Virus record (IMG/VR): IMGVR_UViG_3300031977_002889 | Length of the DNA: 64,000 nucleotides | Strand: one strand, 5' to 3' | Source: a virus | In this document: one piece after another, positions 55,231 through 64,000 of the stretch | How the letters are laid out: each line of letters begins with the position of its first letter | How positions within the stretch are numbered: position 1 is the first letter of the stretch | The notes under the pieces: generated by a model | Database searches by the model: none | What the model was told of the DNA's origin: nothing | Seen by the model: the letters and a program-made list of their open reading frames with translations, nothing else | Made by a program: the position numbers and the translations under genes

Positions 55231-55238
55231 TATTTATA
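55231..55238 (-). promoter_or_regulatory. T4-type late promoter TATAAATA
   Basis: Exact match upstream of gp25. Confidence 0.75.
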
Positions 55239-55907
55239 TCAGTTTTTACCTGCTATGTCGTATAACAAGCTTTCTTCTCGTTCTTCATATAAGACTTCTA
55301 TTAGTTCACCTGTAGATTGACTAAAACCATTCCACTTTGTTTCTACTTGATTTTCACCGTTATATTTTACTGACCAATTACCAGATATTTCTGGCATCAC
55401 AAGAGTTACTTGTGCATCAATAAGGCCTGATGGATCAAAGTTATCATAGCTTAATATTGTTTTTTGTGGTCGAATTCCACCAATCTTAGTTGTAGACCAA
55501 AAGAGTGCAAGATCAAATGATTTTTCAATATCAACAATACCGTCTTCACCGCGTATTTCATAAACTACAGCTTGTCCTTTATTTCGTAAGAATAATATAC
55601 TATCAGGATCATATTTCTTCGTAGGATCTGGAAGCCTATAATATCCTTCAGATACACGTATTCTATGGAAATCAAACTCACGATTTCGAGATGCTGCAAA
55701 AAGTGCCATCGCCTGCATGTGTAATTGTTTTGCAAGTTTCATCTTATCTTCAGCAGTTTGATTTACTGTGATATGATTTATAGTAGCCGCAGTTCCTGTG
55801 CCTCCAAGAAATCTTGCAACAGGAATTCCTGGAGCCAATAATGTTTTAGCCGTAATATCTTTTTGAAACTCAGGATTGTATTGAGCGTTTGGAATAAAAG
55901 TACTCAT
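55239..55907 (-). CDS. Hypothetical baseplate-hub-associated protein (possibly a degenerate peptidase-M15-like fold)
   Basis: Position between the gp5 beta-helix gene and gp25; weak IRVSEGYYR / GQAV pattern. Confidence 0.45.
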   Translation of the reverse strand: MSTFIPNAQYNPEFQKDITAKTLLAPGIPVARFLGGTGTAATINHITVNQTAEDKMKLAKQLHMQAMALFAASRNREFDFHRIRVSEGYYRLPDPTKKYDPDSILFLRNKGQAVVYEIRGEDGIVDIEKSFDLALFWSTTKIGGIRPQKTILSYDNFDPSGLIDAQVTLVMPEISGNWSVKYNGENQVETKWNGFSQSTGELIEVLYEEREESLLYDIAGKN

Positions 55908-57412
55908 GCTTTATACCTCTTAGCTCCTCCTACAGAAGATTGACCAACTGGTGTAGAACCTCTCTTTTTCACTTCAGATGGATTTACAGATCGTCCAACT
56001 GCTGGAGGAGTTGGATTACTTACGTTAGGACTTACTGTACCAGTAGCAACTGTGGCACCCACGAACTTGGGATTGTTAGCGTTATCTGGATCTTTTAATA
56101 ACGCTCGCGCTTCTGTAAGAGTTGGATCTCTATCAGTCACACCGTCATACAATTCTGTTTTATCGACACCTTTACGCAAATGTCCACCTGGGTCAATCGA
56201 TATCTTTGCAATCGCACGATCAGAATTTTCTAAATAATCATTTACATTTGTTTCGTTTACTGCTGATGTAGAAGTCGCATTATTTGCAACTCTATCAGTT
56301 TGGTCTTCATTTGTAACATCAGCTGTTGCAACAGTGTAACCTTGAGCAGAACCTGTTCCACCACCTGGATCCGGATCACTATAATTTTGTGAGTTAGTAA
56401 CATCAGACGTGACAGATTTTCGTGCAGTTCCTTCTAGGTCTGAATGAATAACAGTGCCATCGGCTCTTGTGAAGTTTACTTGTGGTACAGTAATTGTTTT
56501 ACCCGCATAAATTGAATTACCAATACGAGCATTATATGCATAAAGCTGTACATTCTCTCCACCGAATGCTCCATTAGTACCAAACACCGAAAGATCTCTT
56601 GCAGATATATTCATATTGTCAGATGCGAGATCAACTTCTTCTTCAGAAGACATTTTCAATACACCAGTAGAATTAAGTCCAATTGTACCAGCAACGATAT
56701 GACTCATATTTCCTTCTACGATATTATATTGATTTGCTCCTACGACATTAGTATGACCACCTAAAGTATTCGTATATACGTTTCCACCAACTTCTACTTG
56801 TTGCTGACTCTTAATCTTGGTTTGCTGAGATCCACCAATTTTTTCAATCTTGTTACCAGCCACTTCAATATTATAATTACCGCCGACTTTAACATCAAAA
56901 TCTCCTGATACATCTAAAGTTAAGTTACCATTATAAGACATTTGTGCATTGCCTTCAACAATGACTTTCTCGTCCATTAATGTTACACGTACAGTATTAC
57001 CAACAGATGAATAGATCACAGTACCATCGGCTAACATTTCTGTACCCGAACCTGTACGATGTTTTGTAAGAATACGTTCTGCACCAGGTGTATCATCGAT
57101 TTCTGTTACATGACCTGATGGTGATTCCCTTACCTGATTCTTTGGATATTGTGATGAAGTGAAACGAGATTCAGGAATTGCTTCTTTTAAATTTACATTG
57201 GCATCACCACCACCAGTATAGACGTAATTCTTTTTATTACCTGTCGCAGCATGACTTACACCGGTTCGCCCTGAATGCTGTTGTCTCGGATATTGACCTG
57301 AAGTATCAGCATAATTCGGATCATTTGTAATTTTAGATGTAGTTTGACGAGCTTTACCAAGAGCAACTGCATTTTCTTCTGTGTTATCGTCAAGTATTAC
57401 CTTTTGAGCCAT
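55904..57412 (-). CDS. gp5: gp5 middle/C-terminal part (beta-helix spike)
   Basis: YP.NQV.ES.SGHV.EIDDTPGAERI...HR.G and VxG 8-residue repeats. Confidence 0.85.
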   Translation of the reverse strand: MAQKVILDDNTEENAVALGKARQTTSKITNDPNYADTSGQYPRQQHSGRTGVSHAATGNKKNYVYTGGGDANVNLKEAIPESRFTSSQYPKNQVRESPSGHVTEIDDTPGAERILTKHRTGSGTEMLADGTVIYSSVGNTVRVTLMDEKVIVEGNAQMSYNGNLTLDVSGDFDVKVGGNYNIEVAGNKIEKIGGSQQTKIKSQQQVEVGGNVYTNTLGGHTNVVGANQYNIVEGNMSHIVAGTIGLNSTGVLKMSSEEEVDLASDNMNISARDLSVFGTNGAFGGENVQLYAYNARIGNSIYAGKTITVPQVNFTRADGTVIHSDLEGTARKSVTSDVTNSQNYSDPDPGGGTGSAQGYTVATADVTNEDQTDRVANNATSTSAVNETNVNDYLENSDRAIAKISIDPGGHLRKGVDKTELYDGVTDRDPTLTEARALLKDPDNANNPKFVGATVATGTVSPNVSNPTPPAVGRSVNPSEVKKRGSTPVGQSSVGGAKRYKA

Positions 57413-59385
57413 GTTTCATCCTCTGATTTATACACATATCCAGCATTAATTAATAATACGCGATGTGCATTAAGTTTATCATCAAGTTCTTTTCTTGTTT
57501 GTTTTAATTCAAATAAAGTATCAAGAGCATCAGTTCTCAAAACAGTTGTATATTGATTAGTGGCTACTTGGTTTTGAATAAACACAAACTGTGTATCGTT
57601 ATTATCTATTTGTCTCAAAAGACCTGGATATTCAGTGAGTGCAGTATCAATCTGTGCTTGAGTTACTGTTGTATCAGTATTTGCGGCCGCAAGTGTTTCA
57701 ACATTTGGCCCATCGCTTAATAATCCTGGAGCGGTATTTGCTGTAGTATATGGCACACGAGTAATTAATTCTTCAGGTGTAAGAGCTTGACCATTTTCGA
57801 GATCTTCATCTGTATAAGCAGAAACATAGTTAAACTTATCTTTCATATAATCATCTACATCAAAACCTGGACACGTAGCATCATGATGTACATCAGCATG
57901 ACCAACAATTCCAATTCCTGGTCGCAGCTGTGTCATTGTTTTTGTAATCATATCAAACGTTTTCCATTGTGCATCTGTAATCGAATCCGATGTAGGCTGA
58001 TATGAACCATGAGATTTTTGAGTATATTGTTGTGTATAACCTGCAATGAATCCAATATGAATAGTATGTTTTGACCATGCCATTTCAGGTAAAAGCTCTA
58101 ATTCAATTGGACGACCACGCTGTAAAGTACCATCTTTGAGAATTACATAATGCCACATAATTCCTGCGAGTTGACCAAGTGCAGCAGTTTGTTCTACGCC
58201 GATTTTAGATTCTTGTAATGCTCTATGAATTTCATCTATATCTGTAGCATTAAGGAATTGATTATTATATGTCTTTGACCAATGCACCATCATTGCCGTG
58301 ATATCACGACTTATATTACCTATCTCGTCTCTAAACTCTTCTTCGGTATCAACTATTTCAAATGAATGAGAACTTGTTCCATATGTAGAGATCGATCCAC
58401 CTAAATTTGTAACATTTGTACTTTGATCAAAATATTCACCAATATTTCCAACAGTATACGTATTTGCTCCAAAATTACTCATACCGAATCCATCAATCAA
58501 AGCAGGTAATGCTTGATCAATCGCGGTAAGTGCAGTACCAAAGGCACCAACATCAAGACCCGATATATTACCAAGTACTTTAGGTAAAATATTTTGACCT
58601 GCAACTTCTCTAAATGTTCCTATAGGATCATTAATAAATGACAACATTTGAGATGCAGTACTTGCCGCTTTTTGTCCAGCGATTTGATTTACAAGATCGA
58701 ATACATTTGTATTATCAATTACTTGAGATACTAAAGACGCAGATTGTAAGAGACCTTTAATTTCATTTGGAGTAGCACCAGCAAGTCCTTCAATTGCTTC
58801 TTCTCCTTGATATACTTCATTCAAACCAAGAGGATTACTACCCGCAATCACGAGATTCGGTGCACCATTAGAAACAGTTTTACCAGTAATAGCATTCGTA
58901 TCTGATGTTTCAGTAGATTCCTTTAAAGCCTTTAATGCAGCTGCAGTAGCAATAACTGGAAATACTTGAGAAAGACCCTTTATATTTTCTTCTACTGATT
59001 GAACTAATCCAACAAACCCACCGATTTCTTGATTTATATCAGTAAATATATTTGCATGCTGAGAAGCAAATTGTTCCATAAATTCGTTCGATTGTACACC
59101 ATATGATTTCGCTGCAGCACCTGTTACAAGATCATTCAGTTTTTTATTGACTTGTTCTTTTTGAGCTCTGTTTTCAAGAGTTCTATATGCATTATCTCTA
59201 TTGTATGTTAATTTAATCTCAGCATATTCTGTGTCCGTAACAAGAGAAGAACCAACAATACTATATTGAGTTGTACGTACGTAATAATTACTTGCTGCAT
59301 TAGTTTTTACGTCAACACTAATAATCTCAGAATAATCATCTGGTAGATTTAAAATATTTGTATCATATGCTTTTATTTCTGCCAT
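57397..59385 (-). CDS. Virion protein with a T7-lysozyme-type N-acetylmuramoyl-L-alanine amidase domain
   Basis: MVHWS, WHYVI..DG....GRP, IGF.AG, T.AQ, VGH.D....TCPGFDV (His/His/Cys zinc ligands). Confidence 0.8.
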   Translation of the reverse strand: MAEIKAYDTNILNLPDDYSEIISVDVKTNAASNYYVRTTQYSIVGSSLVTDTEYAEIKLTYNRDNAYRTLENRAQKEQVNKKLNDLVTGAAAKSYGVQSNEFMEQFASQHANIFTDINQEIGGFVGLVQSVEENIKGLSQVFPVIATAAALKALKESTETSDTNAITGKTVSNGAPNLVIAGSNPLGLNEVYQGEEAIEGLAGATPNEIKGLLQSASLVSQVIDNTNVFDLVNQIAGQKAASTASQMLSFINDPIGTFREVAGQNILPKVLGNISGLDVGAFGTALTAIDQALPALIDGFGMSNFGANTYTVGNIGEYFDQSTNVTNLGGSISTYGTSSHSFEIVDTEEEFRDEIGNISRDITAMMVHWSKTYNNQFLNATDIDEIHRALQESKIGVEQTAALGQLAGIMWHYVILKDGTLQRGRPIELELLPEMAWSKHTIHIGFIAGYTQQYTQKSHGSYQPTSDSITDAQWKTFDMITKTMTQLRPGIGIVGHADVHHDATCPGFDVDDYMKDKFNYVSAYTDEDLENGQALTPEELITRVPYTTANTAPGLLSDGPNVETLAAANTDTTVTQAQIDTALTEYPGLLRQIDNNDTQFVFIQNQVATNQYTTVLRTDALDTLFELKQTRKELDDKLNAHRVLLINAGYVYKSEDETWLKR

Positions 59386-60335
59386 TATCTCGATCCCGAT
59401 GTAAATTGATCAAAGAAAGTTCTTGCGAGATTACGACGTCTTATTCGAGTATCACTATTTGGATTTCTATATCCTTGAGGAATTTCATAGTAAACACAGA
59501 TAACGTCAGCCGCACCTTCAGGTGTAGTTTCTTTTCTCAGTTTACCAGCTACTCTCATCGTATTTAATTCTTTTGTTACCCATAATAATTGTGCATGTAA
59601 TGAAAGATAATTAAGGCCAAGACTTTCTGAATGTTTTATTAATTGATATAGTCTACTTTGTGGATTCACCCAATCACGATCACCTTTATTTAATGGATTC
59701 CATTGTGCAATACCAATCGAAGCTTCGGTAGTTTGATTTTGTGCGGTTGGATCTAAGTTCGTACCAGATTCTGCCATAAAATTACCTATAAGACCTGCCA
59801 TCTGTGCTGGAGTGTATCCGCCTCCGTGTTCACTTAAAAACCAAAGTGCAGCTTTTTCTGGATTTGTACTTCCAGTAAGTTGATAGTTTGGTGAAAGCGG
59901 AGAACGAGAATCAGTAACTCGAACACCTGCATCTCTTGCTGCACGCCATTGAGATTCAGTCATACCACTATAACGAATACCACCACTACCTGTTCTTGTT
60001 GCAGGAGTGTCACCTTTTTCTACAAGTTCTTGCGCATAATTTTCATTTGTAATAATGGAACCAAGTATTAATGGCAACTGAGAATCTGCACCATCAAGAA
60101 AAATACCAAATACCATTGATTGCGGTTGAATTCCAGTAGCAGCACCAATACCAGAACCGCCACCTTCAGTAAGTGGCATTAATACTTGGGCCCAAGGTAA
60201 ATCATCTGGTATTATAATTGATGGATCATCGTGAATGCCAAAAATTCTAACTTTAATTCTTCCAGTTTGAGATGGGTCACCGTCTACTTTTGCGACTTTC
60301 CCAATAAACCACCTTGTGTTATCTCCATAAAACAT
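59385..60335 (-). CDS. gp5: gp5 N-terminal OB fold fused to a phage-tail-lysozyme domain
   Basis: WFIG.V....DP...GR.KVR.FG.H....LPWA, VFG.FLDG...Q.P.ILG; AG..GN...ES, GIAQW, YE.P. Confidence 0.85.
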   Translation of the reverse strand: MFYGDNTRWFIGKVAKVDGDPSQTGRIKVRIFGIHDDPSIIIPDDLPWAQVLMPLTEGGGSGIGAATGIQPQSMVFGIFLDGADSQLPLILGSIITNENYAQELVEKGDTPATRTGSGGIRYSGMTESQWRAARDAGVRVTDSRSPLSPNYQLTGSTNPEKAALWFLSEHGGGYTPAQMAGLIGNFMAESGTNLDPTAQNQTTEASIGIAQWNPLNKGDRDWVNPQSRLYQLIKHSESLGLNYLSLHAQLLWVTKELNTMRVAGKLRKETTPEGAADVICVYYEIPQGYRNPNSDTRIRRRNLARTFFDQFTSGSR

Positions 60336-61681
60336 TATCTCATATCCGCGCTATTAGGTGAACCAAGTTTAGTACCAGTTAAAAAGATGTCATATCTTTC
60401 TTTTGAAAGTCTATGTTTTACTGCCATTACTATATAATCACCAGATTTCTTTGCATCAATTTTTCCACTTGCATTTTCAGTATCTTCAACCATAGTTCTT
60501 CCAAATAAACAACGAACTTTTTTACCTATGAAATGGGAACCAGGAGATATTTGACCAACTCTTTTACCATCAATTTGCCATGTCATAGTTTCTTTATTCA
60601 TAAACTCTCGCATTGCTTCATTTACAATATCATTTGTATAACCAGCAAGTGAAGGTCTTGAACCAGGAACAGTATATCCCTCATCCCAAGGTCTATTTGT
60701 TGCAATTCGGAAAGTTCTTCTTGATTGATATTCTTCCATATATGCACCATCGAATGTGGTTGCAGGAGCATACGGATATCTTTGATGGCCAGATTTGAAT
60801 AAACTTTGATCAATCATTGGATTAAACATGTCACGACTTACTCGCCAATCAACTAAGTATTCTCTATTTGCCATTGTATCATAATAAAAATGATTACCAC
60901 TTATATATCCTTGATCGATAAGATCAAAAATATTATGGTTATTATTATAATTGTAATTAATAATTCTTTGTGTTTGTATTCCTGTATCACCGCCTACACC
61001 CATAGAAGCAAGAGACATACCATACACAAATGGTCGATTTTTATTAATTGTATCTGCAGTAAGCAAATCTTCTAAATCAACATATCTTAAGTTTTCATCA
61101 GCCCATATTCCAAACAAAAAGTGTGGCATACCTATAGTAGTAATTGATTGTTGAGATATCCACTTCATTGTTTCTAATGGCGTTAAATTAGGAACAATGT
61201 ATTTGTGATATTGTGAATATTTCTCTTCGTTGTGTAGAATATTAGTATTCAAATAATCTTGTGCTATTCGGCCAATCATTTGTAAAGGTGTGCCATCAAG
61301 AACAATATTAACATTAAATAAATGTGATCTAAAAGCTATTTCATCAATACAATTGAGTACGATTAAATCTGCACTTTCAGTACCTCGAACAACATTTTCA
61401 ACCTTTGTAATATAATAATTTTTTGTAATAGTAAGGGCTTCTGAATGATTTGCAATCGTAAGTTCTATATATTCTGCACCTTGAATATCTAAACTACTTA
61501 ATGTATCAGCAGTATCTGAAAATGATATGAGTGCTGAAGTGTATGGTAAACTCAGATGTTCAAATATTTCAATGTCAACCATTGCTTTCGAAATATCATG
61601 AGCCGCAGGTCTATTACCTAATCCTGTTCGATTAGCTATAAGTAACGCTTTTTTGATAAAAAAGGGTTGAGCTGTTGACAT
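60335..61681 (-). CDS. Baseplate hub / tail protein (gp27-like)
   Basis: DI......IEIFE....P, YIVPN.TP, SGDYIV..V.H; lies between gp53 and gp5. Confidence 0.6.
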   Translation of the reverse strand: MSTAQPFFIKKALLIANRTGLGNRPAAHDISKAMVDIEIFEHLSLPYTSALISFSDTADTLSSLDIQGAEYIELTIANHSEALTITKNYYITKVENVVRGTESADLIVLNCIDEIAFRSHLFNVNIVLDGTPLQMIGRIAQDYLNTNILHNEEKYSQYHKYIVPNLTPLETMKWISQQSITTIGMPHFLFGIWADENLRYVDLEDLLTADTINKNRPFVYGMSLASMGVGGDTGIQTQRIINYNYNNNHNIFDLIDQGYISGNHFYYDTMANREYLVDWRVSRDMFNPMIDQSLFKSGHQRYPYAPATTFDGAYMEEYQSRRTFRIATNRPWDEGYTVPGSRPSLAGYTNDIVNEAMREFMNKETMTWQIDGKRVGQISPGSHFIGKKVRCLFGRTMVEDTENASGKIDAKKSGDYIVMAVKHRLSKERYDIFLTGTKLGSPNSADMR

Positions 61682-62424
61682 TAGACTTCACTTACCGCCG
61701 TATTAAATGCAGATTCAAGTTTACCGAGATATTGTGGTTTAATTACTTGGATTTGTCTTAAATTATCGTTTTCTTCAATCCATGTGTCGAGATATGTTTT
61801 TTCTGTAAGTAATGCGCCGGGTCCAACAAGTGGGTCAAAATTTGCTACATCACCATCTGCGTCAAGATAAAATCGTGCAGCTAAATATTCTTTCGATGCT
61901 CCGAATGCTTCGGCTGTTTGTACATCAGATGATACGTTTGTGGATCTTACAATTTCTCCGACTTGAAAGTCTACAGAGCCAGGATCAAGTTTTACAACAA
62001 GTTGACCTAAATCATAGTTTTTATGGTCGATAGTTCCACGTGCGCCAGATGTTTGGCCAATCAAGTCACGACCAACATCAAACTTTTGAGTAATATCTAC
62101 ACGAACTGTGACAGTAAAATTTGGAAATACTTCTTCAATAGTTTCTAACATTTGTTGTTGATCAATGGGCCAGCCTCTTTGACGTATTTCATCGTTCATA
62201 AGATAAAATGTCCAATAATACGTTGGATCGTCATATAATCTTAATGATAATTGATCAGGTCTTTCACCTTCTTGAATATAAGTTTTATCATAAAAAGAAA
62301 CATTGTCTTTTACTTGATCGATCACGTCACTATAAATTGTTAAATTTTGAATTAAATTTTCTGTAGAAAGATGATTATCACCAAATATATAAGGAACATT
62401 ATTAAAATTAGAAAAATAAGCCAT
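61681..62424 (-). CDS. gp53: Baseplate wedge subunit gp53
   Basis: MAYFSNF..V.Y, I.EGERPD.LS..LY.DP.YYW.F...N, WP, EEN...R.I. Confidence 0.9.
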   Translation of the reverse strand: MAYFSNFNNVPYIFGDNHLSTENLIQNLTIYSDVIDQVKDNVSFYDKTYIQEGERPDQLSLRLYDDPTYYWTFYLMNDEIRQRGWPIDQQQMLETIEEVFPNFTVTVRVDITQKFDVGRDLIGQTSGARGTIDHKNYDLGQLVVKLDPGSVDFQVGEIVRSTNVSSDVQTAEAFGASKEYLAARFYLDADGDVANFDPLVGPGALLTEKTYLDTWIEENDNLRQIQVIKPQYLGKLESAFNTAVSEV

Positions 62425-63509
62425 TAGTACCCCTCAGCAACGTCTTTTTGTGATAGTGCTCTGAATTCCATAAAGCTCAAAGTAATATTAGTTTCATTGG
62501 CTCGTCCATCTCTGTGGAACGTTGCTCCTGTTGGATTATAAGTTACTTGAACATTTCTCAAATAACATGGATGGATCTTTGGAACTTTCAATCGTGTATT
62601 ACCAAGTCTAAAGTCAATCTTAAAGAGATCTGGGAATTTATAAGCAAAAGGAGATGTAAGATTGCCATCAACAGCAAACGGATCAAAAATTGAAGGATAC
62701 ATTTTATATCTGAAATGTTTTACAATGGCTTCAATTTGTTCTGCTTCTCTTTGACTATTTGCAATCATATTAAAGTTAAAAGTAAATTCTCTTAGAGTTA
62801 CACCTTTAAAGAGTGCTCTTGTATTTGGATTCACCGAAACCTGAAAAGAAAATGCAGCTGCATTTCCGAACGCACCTTTTACAAGAGGAATCGATTGAAT
62901 AGTTCTTGACGCTGCAAGACGAGCAGCATCATTTGACATTCCTTCAGTACCATTTAATACTGTATTAATAGCACTCATAGCGCCTTCGCCAATTCCTTTT
63001 AACATGGCTGAAGCACTACCATCTCCTCTTGCTACTGCATTTGCAAATGCGGCAGGAGCCGCACCAAGAGCAGCGCCTTCATATTGAATAGTATCTGAAA
63101 ATGCCATTGATAATGGAACGAACATATGAACAGAAGGAGAAGTTGAATCATATATCATTGAACTGGGGGAACCAGTCAAAATAGAACTTATACTAGAAGT
63201 AAAATTTCCTAAAATACTACTTAATGTGCTATTTAAAGTTTTTTTGTTTTTTAGAAAATCATACGATTCTCTTAAATTGCCATCTTTACCATCAAGTCTT
63301 GATGATAATTTTGTATCAGTAGATTTAAAATTTTCCCAAGTATTTTTAAATTTACCAACGTTATCTTTTAAAGCGCCTGATAACCCTTCACGCAATGCCT
63401 TTGTTTCGTTACCATTCAATGGTTTAATTTTATAATTTGTAAAACGTATACGAGCTGTATACGCAGGATCATTTTCTAATGGGTAGGCTAATCCGTATCC
63501 TATTGGCAT
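62424..63509 (-). CDS. gp48: Baseplate tail-tube cap gp48
   Basis: VNPN...LFKGV.LR.F.F.F......EA..I..IV..F, C.L..V.V.Y.P, LSF.E. Confidence 0.88.
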   Translation of the reverse strand: MPIGYGLAYPLENDPAYTARIRFTNYKIKPLNGNETKALREGLSGALKDNVGKFKNTWENFKSTDTKLSSRLDGKDGNLRESYDFLKNKKTLNSTLSSILGNFTSSISSILTGSPSSMIYDSTSPSVHMFVPLSMAFSDTIQYEGAALGAAPAAFANAVARGDGSASAMLKGIGEGAMSAINTVLNGTEGMSNDAARLAASRTIQSIPLVKGAFGNAAAFSFQVSVNPNTRALFKGVTLREFTFNFNMIANSQREAEQIEAIVKHFRYKMYPSIFDPFAVDGNLTSPFAYKFPDLFKIDFRLGNTRLKVPKIHPCYLRNVQVTYNPTGATFHRDGRANETNITLSFMEFRALSQKDVAEGY

Positions 63510-63547
63510 TGTGTAATCCTAATAAATAAGTGTAAAGTATTATAGCT

Positions 63548-63555
63548 TATTTATA
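63548..63555 (-). promoter_or_regulatory. T4-type late promoter TATAAATA for the gp48 operon
   Basis: Exact match in the divergent intergenic region. Confidence 0.7.
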
Positions 63556-63563
63556 TATAAATC

Positions 63564-64000
63564 ATGGCATATTCTGGCAGATATAAAGTAAACAACGTAA
63601 AGAAATATAAAGGCGACTTCGATAATGTAATTTATCGTTCGTTATGGGAAAAAGCATGTTTTCAGTGGTGTGATGCAAATCCGAAAGTAAAGAAGTGGTC
63701 GTCCGAAGAATTAATCATACCATATTATTATGAAGTTGATAAAAAATATCATCGATACTTTCCAGATCTTTTGATTCAAATGGAAGAAAAAACCATTTTA
63801 GTTGAAATTAAACCTGATAAAGAAACTTCTCCTCCTACAGGCCAAAAACGTACAAAGAAATATATTAACGAAGGTCTCACTTATATAAAGAATATGAATA
63901 AGTGGGAAGCTGCAAGTGAATATGCAAAAGATCGTGGTTGGGAGTTTCAGATTTGGACAGAAAAGACTTTACAGGAAATGGGTTTACTACCGAAACCAAT
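63564..64000 (+). CDS. gp4: Head completion protein gp4 (TnsA-like nuclease fold); truncated at the window edge
   Basis: Not in the ORF track. MAYSGRYKVNNVKKYKGDFDNVIYRSLWE...WCD.NP.V.KWSSEE..IPY......HRYFPD...VEIKP...KWEAA. Confidence 0.92.
   Translation, partial: MAYSGRYKVNNVKKYKGDFDNVIYRSLWEKACFQWCDANPKVKKWSSEELIIPYYYEVDKKYHRYFPDLLIQMEEKTILVEIKPDKETSPPTGQKRTKKYINEGLTYIKNMNKWEAASEYAKDRGWEFQIWTEKTLQEMGLLPKP

Noticed and set aside
2338-63435. Numerous 60-150-aa alternative-frame and antisense ORFs in the track
   Set aside because: Nested within long genes that have recognisable motifs; compositions are typical shadows of biased codon usage.
63564-64000. Tn7 TnsA transposase
   Set aside because: Sequence and divergent position next to gp48 match T4-like gp4; no other transposon genes or ends.
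1-64000. Stop-codon reassignment, introns or inteins
   Set aside because: Standard-code ORFs tile the window densely, TAA, TAG and TGA all end genes, there is no suppressor tRNA, and no splice motifs were recognised at the cupredoxin insertions.

Overview
This is an AT-rich segment of a large T4-like myovirus, with gene content like that of marine T4-like phages; the host cannot be determined from this window. Almost all genes are on the minus strand. From right to left: gp4 (+ strand, truncated); a baseplate/tail module (gp48, gp53, hub, a gp5 locus split over 3-4 ORFs, gp25, gp6, gp7-like, gp9-like, gp8, two DUF4815/VrlC-like proteins, a whisker/fibre); a radical-SAM, methyltransferase and glycosyltransferase cassette bracketed by two paralogous genes; a HAD nucleotidase; a glycosyltransferase island; small early genes with IscA and glutaredoxin; a four-tRNA cluster containing an unannotated structured RNA; two + strand glycosyltransferases; and a 20-kb fibre/adhesin operon ending in an unannotated Cys/His-rich mini-gene and a truncated GT4+GT2 fusion. 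Four observations stand out. (1) Asp-Ser dipeptides are strongly enriched in fibre proteins encoded next to about 10 glycosyltransferase-like genes, suggesting a virion-glycosylation system. (2) A type-1-copper (cupredoxin-like) cassette is inserted repeatedly into fibre proteins, once in circularly permuted form, and a metallothionein-like ORF lies in the same operon. (3) A ~186-nt CCA-ended, pseudoknotted RNA with an armless mini-tRNA sits between tRNA-Pro and tRNA-Gly. (4) A four-radical-SAM cassette lies next to a 14-aa-repeat protein. All calls come from reading motifs by eye; no database searches were run.
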